Shown one piece after another: positions 36,376 through 44,343 of a stretch of DNA of 64,000 bases; the stretch's first letter is position 1; every line of letters begins with the position of its first letter. Below the pieces are notes generated by a model. It saw only the letters and a list, made by a program, of their open reading frames with translations. It searched no databases and was not told the origin of the DNA. A program made the position numbers and the translations under genes. The stretch is from an uncultured Chlamydiae bacterium (GTDB taxonomy: Bacteria; Chlamydiota; Chlamydiia; Chlamydiales; Parachlamydiaceae): the NCBI GenBank assembly GCA_963830365.1, contig CAWHMU010000036.1:64884-128883 (forward strand), written 5' to 3'.

Positions 36376-37926
36376 ATGTCGATGAATCTGGTAGATCTAC
36401 ATCTAAACTGGGGTGCATTTACCTCTAAGGGCAAGAAGTATGTCTCCTATAGCCTTGCTAGATCCATTTGGACAAACGGCTCATGCCGGAAAGAAATCGT
36501 ACTTAAATTGGGTAAACTCACTAATGAGGAAGTCGTATTCTGGCGTCAGACGCTGAAAGACGCAAAAAAACGGCGCAAGGCAATTTCTCAGACAGCCCCT
36601 AATCCTTCAGGTGACTCCAGTCCTTCACTTGTCGAAGCTAATAAGTTGACAGCGAATTCTCAGGATCCCGATACTGGAGATCTTCAAATTGCTACGGGGG
36701 ATTTTGAGGGCGAAAACATGTCAGTAAGAAAGAAATTCATCTACGACGAACACGATCAAAATGTCGATATTCACTCTTACGAGGATGCTGTAAAACATGC
36801 TTTTGCGGACGTTCAGGATCCGCGCGTCGCAGATAATCTGCAATATCCATTCTATGGACTTCTGCTAACGATTCTGGCGGGTATTCTTGCAGGCGCAAAG
36901 TCCATCAGTGGTATTTACGAGTATGGAAAGGAAAAAGCTGCCATGTTATGCCCTTTACTTAATCTCGAACGACACCCTTCCTATACCGCCTTTTGGTGGA
37001 TCCTGACGCGAACAAACCCTGAAATCTTGAACCAGGCATTCATTAAATGGATTAAGTTGGTGGCTGACACCTTGGGCGGCACTGAGAAAAAAATCTCTAT
37101 CGACGGGAAAACTCTGAGAGGTGCCAAAAAGGATCTTGTTCATTACGTGAGCGGATACGAGTCTGGAAGTGGGCTTCTGCTTGGTCAAGTGAAAACAGAG
37201 GAAAAATCCAATGAGATCACGGCAATTCCAGAGTTGCTAAAGGTAATCGATGTCAAGGATGCGACGGTCACAATTGATGCGATGGGGTGCCAAAAAGGCA
37301 TTGTAAATGACATCAGGGAGCGCGGAGGGCATTATGTGATTGCCTTAAAAGGAAACCAAGACACTCTACATGCTGAGGCCCAGAATTTTTTTGATCAAGC
37401 CAGAGCAGCTGATTATAAGGGGGCTAAGTGTAAAAAGTATGAAGCGACCAATGAAGGACACGGCAGGCTAGAGAAGCGAGAGGTGACAATCACCAAAAAT
37501 CTCAACTGGCTGGATTGTCGAAGTGATTGGCGGGATCTTAAGATGCTGATAGAAGTGAAATCCACTAGGACGATCAAGGGTAAATCTACAGAAGAACTTC
37601 GCTACTACATTTCCAGCAAGGATATGACTGCGAAGATGGCGAACAGCACTGTTCGCTCACAGTGGGGGATTGAGAATAATCTTCATTGGGTTTTAGATGT
37701 GTTATTCGGTGATGATATCTCCCGGGCCAATACTGGCCATGCAGCGGAGAATCTAGGTCTCTTTAGACGGATGGCCTATTGCATTTTAAAACAGGAAACA
37801 GTGCAAGGACGCGGTTTGGCATCAAAACAACGCAAGGCAATGTGGAATGATCACTATGTGCTTGAACTGTTAAACAAGTTTATCAAGGAAGTGAGCAGCG
37901 GGAGCGAGGTTTACCAGCTCGAGTAG
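36376..37926 (+). CDS. ISAs1-family (H-repeat-associated) DDE transposase
   Basis: ISIDGKTLRG, TIDAMGCQKGIVNDIRERGGHYVIALKGNQ and QWGIENNLHWVLDVLFGDD blocks are typical of ISAs1 transposases. It has an unusually long N-terminal extension (~120 aa). Confidence 0.85.
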   Translation: MSMNLVDLHLNWGAFTSKGKKYVSYSLARSIWTNGSCRKEIVLKLGKLTNEEVVFWRQTLKDAKKRRKAISQTAPNPSGDSSPSLVEANKLTANSQDPDTGDLQIATGDFEGENMSVRKKFIYDEHDQNVDIHSYEDAVKHAFADVQDPRVADNLQYPFYGLLLTILAGILAGAKSISGIYEYGKEKAAMLCPLLNLERHPSYTAFWWILTRTNPEILNQAFIKWIKLVADTLGGTEKKISIDGKTLRGAKKDLVHYVSGYESGSGLLLGQVKTEEKSNEITAIPELLKVIDVKDATVTIDAMGCQKGIVNDIRERGGHYVIALKGNQDTLHAEAQNFFDQARAADYKGAKCKKYEATNEGHGRLEKREVTITKNLNWLDCRSDWRDLKMLIEVKSTRTIKGKSTEELRYYISSKDMTAKMANSTVRSQWGIENNLHWVLDVLFGDDISRANTGHAAENLGLFRRMAYCILKQETVQGRGLASKQRKAMWNDHYVLELLNKFIKEVSSGSEVYQLE

Positions 37927-38116
37927 ACGACTGCCGGCCTAGAGCATCAAGCGCAGCTTGTACCCGCAGGGGCGGCATGAAGAGTGTAAAGTATTTTTAA
38001 TGAAAAAGCCCTGAGTTTATGGGTTTTCGCATCAGTTATATTCTGATCGAGTTCATAAACAACACGGTTGTCAAAAATAATTGTAGAATAGTAGGAAGTT
38101 GTTTGAGTTCAGGGAC

Positions 38117-38185
38117 GGGTCGTTCTGAGTGATTGTAGTTATTGACAACCAAACGAAACCGCCAAATGGGTCGTTCTCGGTGATT
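38117..38185 (+). repeat. Copies 1-2 of an 18-bp direct repeat GGGTCGTTCTnnGTGATy (array continues at 39568)
   Basis: 38117..38134 GGGTCGTTCTGAGTGATT and 38168..38185 GGGTCGTTCTCGGTGATT, with CAAACGAAACCGCCAAAT between them. Confidence 0.9.
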
Positions 38186-38250
38186 GCAGGGTATAATGGT
38201 CCCGGAAATTTGGACAATGGTCTAAGCTAATACCCTCTTTAAGAAAAGAG

Positions 38251-38550
38251 GTGAAAATGAGCCGAACAAGAAAAAAATATCCCCCAGAATTTAAAGTCAA
38301 AGCCGTGCTTGAGATTTTGAAGGGAGAAAAGACTGCAAGTCAATTATCCGGTGAACTGGGAGTGCATCCTATCGTGTTGTCGGAGTGGAAAAAACACTTT
38401 TTATCAACTGCCACAACTGTATTTGAAAAACCGAGCAAGATGACTGGGACAGCACAGGAAGTTAAAGAAAAGGCAGAACTTTTCGAGCAAATCGGACGTC
38501 TTAAAATGGAGGTGGAGTGGCTTAAAAAAAAGTTAGGATGTTTGACTTAA
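38251..38550 (+). CDS. IS3-family transposase OrfA (HTH)
   Basis: KKYPPEFKVKAVLEILKGEKTASQLSGELGVHPIVLSEWKK plus a leucine-zipper-like C-terminus: the classic IS3/IS911 OrfA. Confidence 0.9.
   Translation: MKMSRTRKKYPPEFKVKAVLEILKGEKTASQLSGELGVHPIVLSEWKKHFLSTATTVFEKPSKMTGTAQEVKEKAELFEQIGRLKMEVEWLKKKLGCLT
38526..38532 (+). other. Programmed -1 ribosomal frameshift heptamer A AAA AAG (OrfA to OrfAB)
   Basis: In the orfA frame the codons read ctt aaa aaa aag. orfB is in the -1 frame and overlaps orfA. This motif is the standard IS3-family slippery site. Confidence 0.75.
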
Positions 38551-39380
38551 ATTCTCGACGACTTCTAATAAAGCCAGATCATAAGAAGTTGTCGCTATCA
38601 AGTCAGTGTCATTTGCTTGGAATGTCACGATCTGGGTTGTATTATAAGGCCAAACAGCCCAACGAGGAAGATTTGGCACTCATGCGGGCTATTGATGAAC
38701 AATATCTTCAAACTCCCTTCTATGGAAGAAGACGGATGACGATAGCAATGAGAGCTCAAGGTTTTTTTGTAGGAGGAAAAAGGATTCGAACGGCGATGCA
38801 GACAATGGGTTTAGAAGCAATCTATCCCAAGCCCAATCTGAGTGCGGCAAATAAGGAGCATAAAAAGTTTCCTTACCTACTAAGAGGGATTGTAGTAGAT
38901 AAACCCGATTTGGCATGGGCTGCAGATATCACCTACGTTCCTTTGTTGAAAGGATTTGGATACCTTTTTGCGATCATCGATTGGTTTAGCAGGTATGTGA
39001 TCGAATGGGAACTTTCGAATCTGCTGGATGCGGAATTTTGCATTAATGCATTAGAAAGAGGGCTTTCTCGAGCTAGTCCTGAGATATTCAACACAGACCA
39101 AGGAGTTCAATTCACCTGCTGTCGGTTTGTAGAGAGATTAGAAGCAGGCGGAGTCAGAATCAGTATGGATGGAAAAGGCAGAGCCCTTGATAATGTGTTT
39201 ATTGAAAGGCTCTGGAGAAGCGTGAAGTATGAAGAGATTTATCCAAAAGGGTATGAAAGCTTAAAAGATGTCCGTAATGGACTTAAGAGTTATTTTAAGT
39301 TTTACAACGAGAGCAGGCCACACCAAGGACTGGGTTATAAAACGCCTGCGGAGGTGTATTTTTCTAGGCAGAGCCTTTAG
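38538..39380 (+). CDS. IS3-family transposase OrfB (rve/DDE integrase core)
   Basis: DDE context WAADITYV, IFNTDQGVQF and FIERLWRSVKYEE. Probably expressed as an OrfAB fusion. Confidence 0.9.
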   Translation: MFDLNSRRLLIKPDHKKLSLSSQCHLLGMSRSGLYYKAKQPNEEDLALMRAIDEQYLQTPFYGRRRMTIAMRAQGFFVGGKRIRTAMQTMGLEAIYPKPNLSAANKEHKKFPYLLRGIVVDKPDLAWAADITYVPLLKGFGYLFAIIDWFSRYVIEWELSNLLDAEFCINALERGLSRASPEIFNTDQGVQFTCCRFVERLEAGGVRISMDGKGRALDNVFIERLWRSVKYEEIYPKGYESLKDVRNGLKSYFKFYNESRPHQGLGYKTPAEVYFSRQSL

Positions 39381-39567
39381 GAAAAGGGGGCAAGCCCCCT
39401 TACCCCCCTTCCGCCTTCGTTGGACTTGGATTACCTTGATTTTTAAAGGAACTTGAGGGGGCAAGCCCCCTCAAACTCCCCCTTTAGCTGCAAGAACAAC
39501 AAAAACTTGAGGTTATTAGCTTAACTTTTCCCATTTTTTGTCTAGACAAAGGGGACCACTTTAGGGT

Positions 39568-39687
39568 GGGTCGTTCTGACTGATCGACAAATGTACCCAT
39601 CAAACGAAATCGTCAAATGGGTCGTTCTAAGTGATTGAGGGGGTGGGTCGTTCTTGGTGATCGACAAAAGGGTCGTTCTAAGTGATA
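39568..39687 (+). repeat. Copies 3-6 of the 18-bp direct repeat GGGTCGTTCTnnGTGATy
   Basis: 39568..39585 GGGTCGTTCTGACTGATC; 39619..39636 GGGTCGTTCTAAGTGATT; 39645..39662 GGGTCGTTCTTGGTGATC; 39670..39687 GGGTCGTTCTAAGTGATA. All are in the same orientation as copies 1-2. Confidence 0.9.
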
Positions 39688-40196
39688 TTTACCATTGGGC
39701 AATGAAAATATTGCAATATGATGGTATATGGGATGAAAAGGTATATGAAAAATTGAAGTGGGTTTACAGCTATGAAAAACAAATCAGGATATGGAGTCAA
39801 TGGGTTGAGATTGGAAAACACATCCGAGATCAAGTGAGGAAAAGTGGTTTTGGTTGTGATACAGAAGAATTAATTATTGAACGCTTATCACCATTACCCA
39901 TGGCTGAATCATCACAACAACTTGCATGCGATCTTCTTGATTTTGTATCTAAAGAATCTTGTCAGCTTCCATCAGGTGTGACAGCACCTGGGTCAACAGA
40001 GGTCATCGAATCATTATTCGGATATTTTAAACATGCAAAGAACGGTTTGTGGGATGGAAATGGAGGAATGGGACGCCTCATTTTAACTATGGCAAGTCGG
40101 GTCGGGGAATTAACTTCAGAACTTGTAGAGAACGCTCTTAACAATATTCGCCAAAGTGAGCTTGCGCAATGGTTCGCAAATTGCTATTCCAGATAG
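39654..40196 (+). pseudogene. Possible C-terminal fragment of a DDE transposase
   Basis: GSTEVIESLFGYFKHAKNG resembles the (T/S)N..IES.n...K block that carries the DDE glutamate in several IS families. The ORF start lies inside the repeat array, and no N-terminal catalytic region is present. Confidence 0.3.
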
Positions 40197-40397
40197 TCGT
40201 TTAAATGTTTAATCATGGAAGACTTATGGACACGTACAATTTAGACGTCTTTGGAGACTTTTTGACAGCCCAGGTCGGGCTTGACATTATGGCATTCTCT
40301 TTTCAATCACATATATTTATAAAATATTTTAATTAAATTAAAAATAACGATCTTTTATTTATAAAAAATTAAGTCGAAGTGTAATTTCATGTTTTGA

Positions 40398-41027
40398 TTA
40401 GATGGATCGCAAGATAGTGCGACTCCATTGATTGCCAAGATGCAGGACAGGTCTGCTAGTGGTTGTATTGAATAGAGTCATTAGTCTTATTTTGGTATCT
40501 GTTAACCAGACCCTAACGTTCGATCCATTTATTGACATATCCGGATAATGTCGAACTTTCTTATATGCCCAGTTGATACCATTATAAGCTGATTGAGCAA
40601 GTGAGGGTAACGCTAATATCACAGCTGCAATGCTAACAATATGGCGAGGATGCCAAGGATTAACGACAAAAATAGTATTAGGTCCACACACTTGTTTGAG
40701 TTGAGAGGTAGAAAAAAAACATCCTATCAATGAGGATATGATGAAAACCCCTGGATAAGAAACACCTGCACTCAAAATCAGTGAAATCTTAGTGCAAACA
40801 ATCATTACGTTATTGGCTACTTGAATCCATTTAGGATAGTCTGAACAAACATCGGTTGTAATTTCATGATCTCTTGCTAGATGATAGATGTGATAAATCT
40901 CAACTAGTCCAAACACAAAGGTTACGGTGCCGGTGATGTTTTTTACACCTTCCTTGACTAGCGGCTGATTGAGTAAGCGAACGGAGTCATTAAATAGATA
41001 TTTCGCTGCTCCTGAAATTGAATTCAT
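40398..41027 (-). CDS. Hypothetical membrane protein with bilobed hydrophobic segment (Inc-like topology)
   Basis: Hydrophobic pairs TGTVTFVFGLVEIY and VMIVCTKISLILSAGVSYPGVFIISSLIGCFF. A good SD (AAGGAAG) lies 5 nt upstream of the ATG. The ISL3 element begins 17 nt upstream of the ATG. Confidence 0.5.
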   Translation of the reverse strand: MNSISGAAKYLFNDSVRLLNQPLVKEGVKNITGTVTFVFGLVEIYHIYHLARDHEITTDVCSDYPKWIQVANNVMIVCTKISLILSAGVSYPGVFIISSLIGCFFSTSQLKQVCGPNTIFVVNPWHPRHIVSIAAVILALPSLAQSAYNGINWAYKKVRHYPDMSINGSNVRVWLTDTKIRLMTLFNTTTSRPVLHLGNQWSRTILRSI

Positions 41028-41044
41028 GACACTTCCTTATTTAT

Positions 41045-42371
41045 GGCTCATCGTGCAAATGAGTACCTAACTTTGTGTAAACTATAGAGACGTAATTTAA
41101 AATACTCCATATCTCGAAATCCGTAAGCTTGGCGCTTCATTGTTTTAATCTTGTTATTGATCCCCTCAGTCTTTGCATTGGTGATGGGATGTTTAAAATA
41201 GTTTACCAATCCTTGCCAATGCCTAAGCAGGGTTTTTCCTGCCTTCTCCAGCTCATGTATCCCTGACTCCATAGTATCCATTATCCACCAAGCAAGAAAT
41301 CTAGCCCCCTCTTTCACCGTCTGTTTAGACCAAAATTGACGAATTTGCTCCTTCATTGCATGAGCCAAGGCTATCGGTTGATTTACTTCTAAAAGGCATT
41401 CCAAACTACTTTTTCTCTTAGAATCAAGTTTTTCATAGTTCCTTAAAAGTAAAAATCTCATTCCTTTAATGACTCTTAAGCCAACTTCATTGCATTTTGC
41501 CTGCTGATCTCTCCGGATTTCCTCGATTGCCGTATTCAATAATGCCACGACATGAAATCGATCAAATACTATGTCAACATCCGGTAAATGATTTTGTACA
41601 GCTGATGCATAGGCTGCATTCATGTCCATAGCCATCGCTTTGAGCTGTAAAGCCTTTTCCTTCAACTCTAAGAGGAATGGGATTACGCTTCCCATGCTTT
41701 TACCTTCTACGGCGTGAATGATTTCTCCTGTCTCAAGGTTGATGAAAATCGTCATGTATTCATGCCCTTTTCGAATACTAAACTCATCGATGCCCACGTA
41801 TCGAAGGGATGTAAAATCGAAACTCTTATACTCCCTCTGAAGATATGCTTTATGTATACCCTTCACGAGACTCCAAGAAACCCCAAGGAATTTTGCCACA
41901 TGTTCTATTGTTGCAAACCCCATAAGATTAATGACAAACTTCTCAAAGGAAGTGGTATAACGCTTTCTGGGCTTGACAAAGGGAATCGGGGGCCACCAAA
42001 CGTGTAGGCAATTGACGCATTGAAGACGATGTAGCCGCAGGTTGAGAAAAGCCATTTTGTTCCCTAGAGGGGCCATGCGAAGCCTACGTAACTTCAGTCC
42101 CTTCGATATGGATTCACTGTTCCCACAGCAAGGACAAAGTGTTTTTTTGGGTTGAAGAAGCGCCTCGAAAAGTATTTTGTCTTCATGATATTCACGATTC
42201 AGGACTTGAACATCTTCGATCTGATTGGTATGGTAAAGCAGTGAAGCAGGCATATTAAATCTCCTTTTTTGTCGAAGGATTTAATAAATTGTCTGCTTCT
42301 CTTTTTCAACTAGTTAAACTAGCCCCATTTCTTCGTTCTCCTCGGCTAGGTACTCATTTGCGCGATGAGCC
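41045..42371 (-). mobile_element. ISL3-family insertion sequence (1327 bp) with perfect 8-bp target-site duplication TTATTTAT
   Basis: 24-bp IRs GGCTCATCGTGCAAATGAGTACCT (41045..41068) and AGGTACTCATTTGCGCGATGAGCC (42348..42371). TTATTTAT is present at 41037..41044 and 42372..42379. One transposase ORF ends inside the IR. Confidence 0.92.
41048..42253 (-). CDS. ISL3-family transposase
   Basis: N-terminal zinc-finger (CPCCGN...CVNC), DDE region (YVGIDEFS.., AMDMNAAY.., TNAKTEGINNKIKTMKRQAYGFRD). Confidence 0.9.
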   Translation of the reverse strand: MPASLLYHTNQIEDVQVLNREYHEDKILFEALLQPKKTLCPCCGNSESISKGLKLRRLRMAPLGNKMAFLNLRLHRLQCVNCLHVWWPPIPFVKPRKRYTTSFEKFVINLMGFATIEHVAKFLGVSWSLVKGIHKAYLQREYKSFDFTSLRYVGIDEFSIRKGHEYMTIFINLETGEIIHAVEGKSMGSVIPFLLELKEKALQLKAMAMDMNAAYASAVQNHLPDVDIVFDRFHVVALLNTAIEEIRRDQQAKCNEVGLRVIKGMRFLLLRNYEKLDSKRKSSLECLLEVNQPIALAHAMKEQIRQFWSKQTVKEGARFLAWWIMDTMESGIHELEKAGKTLLRHWQGLVNYFKHPITNAKTEGINNKIKTMKRQAYGFRDMEYFKLRLYSLHKVRYSFAR

Positions 42372-42648
42372 TTATTTATCATACTGAAACACAAAAAATG
42401 GGATTCATGCGTTGTGTAGCATATGCTAATCTCTCGATCCGCTATTATCCGATTGCTATGGGCACTAAAGTGGTCCCCTTTGTCTAGACAAAAAATGGGA
42501 AAAGTTAAGCTAATAACCTCAAGTTTTTGTTGTTCTTGCAGCTAAAGGGGGAGTTTGAGGGGGCTTGCCCCCTCAAGTTCCTTTAAAAATCAAGGTAATC
42601 CAAGTCCAACGAAGGCGGAAGGGGGGTAAGGGGGCTTGCCCCCTTTTC

Positions 42649-43491
42649 CTAAAGGCTCTGCCTAGAAAAATACACCTCCGCAGGCGTTTTATAACCCAGT
42701 CCTTGGTGTGGCCTGCTCTCGTTGTAAAACTTAAAATAACTCTTAAGTCCATTACGGACATCTTTTAAGCTTTCATACCCTTTTGGATAAATCTCTTCAT
42801 ACTTCACGCTTCTCCAGAGCCTTTCAATAAACACATTATCAAGGGCTCTGCCTTTTCCATCCATACTGATTCTGACTCCGCCTGCTTCTAATCTCTCTAC
42901 AAACCGACAGCAGGTGAATTGAACTCCTTGGTCTGTGTTGAATATCTCAGGACTAGCTCGAGAAAGCCCTCTTTCTAATGCATTAATGCAAAATTCCGCA
43001 TCCAGCAGATTCGAAAGTTCCCATTCGATCACATACCTGCTAAACCAATCGATGATCGCAAAAAGGTATCCAAATCCTTTCAACAAAGGAACGTAGGTGA
43101 TATCTGCAGCCCATGCCAAGTCGGGTTTATCTACTACAATCCCTCTTAGTAGGTAAGGAAACTTTTTATGCTCCTTATTTGCCGCACTCAGATTGGGCTT
43201 GGGATAGATTGCTTCTAAACCCATTGTCTGCATCGCCGTTCGAATCCTTTTTCCTCCTACAAAAAAACCTTGAGCTCTCATTGCTATCGTCATCCGTCTT
43301 CTTCCATAGAAGGGAGTTTGAAGATATTGTTCATCAATAGCCCGCATGAGTGCCAAATCTTCCTCGTTGGGCTGTTTGGCCTTATAATACAACCCAGATC
43401 GTGACATTCCAAGCAAATGACACTGACTTGATAGCGACAACTTCTTATGATCTGGCTCTATTAGAAGTCGTCGAGAATTTAAGTCAAACAT
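42649..43491 (-). CDS. IS3-family transposase OrfB (copy 2)
   Basis: Identical to 38538..39380 except for one residue (K11E). Confidence 0.9.
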   Translation of the reverse strand: MFDLNSRRLLIEPDHKKLSLSSQCHLLGMSRSGLYYKAKQPNEEDLALMRAIDEQYLQTPFYGRRRMTIAMRAQGFFVGGKRIRTAMQTMGLEAIYPKPNLSAANKEHKKFPYLLRGIVVDKPDLAWAADITYVPLLKGFGYLFAIIDWFSRYVIEWELSNLLDAEFCINALERGLSRASPEIFNTDQGVQFTCCRFVERLEAGGVRISMDGKGRALDNVFIERLWRSVKYEEIYPKGYESLKDVRNGLKSYFKFYNESRPHQGLGYKTPAEVYFSRQSL

Positions 43492-43778
43492 CCTAACTTT
43501 TTTTTAAGCCACTCCACCTCCATTTTAAGACGTCCGATTTGCTCGAAAAGTTCTGCCTTTTCTTTAACTTCCTGTGCTGTCCCAGTCATCTTGCTCGGTT
43601 TTTCAAATACAGTTGTGGCAGTTGATAAAAAGTGTTTTTTCCACTCCGACAACACGATAGGATGCACTCCCAGTTCACCGGATAATTGACTTGCAGTCTT
43701 TTCTCCCTTCAAAATCTCAAGCACGGCTTTGACTTTAAATTCTGGGGGATATTTTTTTCTTGTTCGGCTCATTTTCAC
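43479..43778 (-). CDS. IS3-family transposase OrfA (copy 2)
   Basis: Translation identical to 38251..38550. The slippery heptamer is at 43497..43503 (minus strand). Confidence 0.9.
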   Translation of the reverse strand: MKMSRTRKKYPPEFKVKAVLEILKGEKTASQLSGELGVHPIVLSEWKKHFLSTATTVFEKPSKMTGTAQEVKEKAELFEQIGRLKMEVEWLKKKLGCLT

Positions 43779-44011
43779 CTCTTTTCTTAAAGAGGGTATT
43801 AGCTTAGACCATTGTCCAAATTTCCGGGACCATTATACACTTTGCTGAATTTTCTGATCTAAATTCAATGAATTTGCTATCGGGATAGGCCTGACATTCG
43901 CCATTGACAAGTCGATGCAGGGGAAAGCGGCGACAAGTCGCGCGCAGTGTTGGAGTAGAGAGGGTCTGCGACCCTTTGGCGGGGGATGATTAAGGGGGCT
44001 GGTGCCCCCTT

Positions 44012-44060
44012 GATTGCCTAAAACAGGAATCGAACCTGCGACCTGCGCGTTACGAATGCG
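44012..44060 (-). repeat. Distal att-type direct repeat: duplicated 3' part of tRNA-Thr (positions 28-73 plus 3 nt)
   Basis: 49 bp identical to 58624..58672 except one position (T at 44037 versus C at 58649). It is immediately preceded (43992..44011) by the hairpin AAGGGGGC-TGGT-GCCCCCTT, plausibly the original tRNA terminator. Confidence 0.9.
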
Positions 44061-44343
44061 GGGGAAGTCACGACAATCCAATATTAACCAGCCGCTTTGA
44101 GCATCATGATAGAGGGATTTTGCTTAAAATGCTATTGGATTTTATCGGATGTCGACGGTTGAATAGGTAAGCCGTTGCACCGCGATTGCACCGCCAAACA
44201 CAGATCAAAAGTTGGTGAGTGTTTATTACAGTTACATAAAAAAACAGCCTTTGTCCACCTTGGAAAAACATTTCAAACGAGGCCAATTTGAACCTTACCG
44301 TTACATCGCGTTACATAAATCAGGCCCAAAGGTAGAATGCTGT

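Larger units (their letters stand above)
36208..38013 (+). mobile_element. ISAs1-family insertion sequence (about 1.8 kb)
   Basis: Perfect 18-bp terminal inverted repeats CAGGGCTTTTTCATTAAA (36208..36225) / TTTAATGAAAAAGCCCTG (37996..38013) bracket a single transposase ORF. No target duplication seen. Confidence 0.8.
38191..39562 (+). mobile_element. IS3-family insertion sequence, copy 1 (1372 bp) with 3-bp target duplication AGG
   Basis: The ends were defined by comparison with the inverted copy at 42467..43838. AGG occurs at 38188..38190 and 39563..39565. The ends share a TGGTCCC core (GTATAATGGTCCC / GGGGACCACTTT). Two overlapping ORFs with an A AAA AAG slippery site. Confidence 0.9.
42467..43838 (-). 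mobile_element. IS3-family insertion sequence, copy 2 (inverted relative to copy 1) with its own 3-bp duplication (ACT on + strand)
   Basis: Collinear with copy 1 over 1372 bp, with at least 2 substitutions (copy-1 positions 38571 and 38909). ACT occurs at 42464..42466 and 43839..43841. Confidence 0.9.

Noticed and set aside
39261-39464. 67-aa and 62-aa ORFs at the 3' end of each IS3 copy (also 42565..42768)
   Set aside because: They lie over the GGGGGCAAGCCCCC palindromes and overlap the orfB 3' end on both strands. They are artefacts of the palindromic GC-rich sequence.
38117-39687. CRISPR array interpretation of the GGGTCGTTCT repeats
   Set aside because: The repeats are only 18 bp and spacing is irregular (25/26/51 bp). 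The putative spacers themselves contain a second repeated motif. There are no cas genes and no leader.
38191-43838. Composite transposon formed by the two inverted IS3 copies carrying the 2.9-kb segment between them
   Set aside because: Each copy has its own matching 3-bp duplication (AGG/AGG and ACT/ACT). A composite transposition would place one duplication at the outer ends only.
43833-44081. 82-aa minus-strand ORF
   Set aside because: It spans the tRNA-Thr 3' fragment (att repeat) and the GC-rich hairpin. It has no coding features and is explained by the att site.
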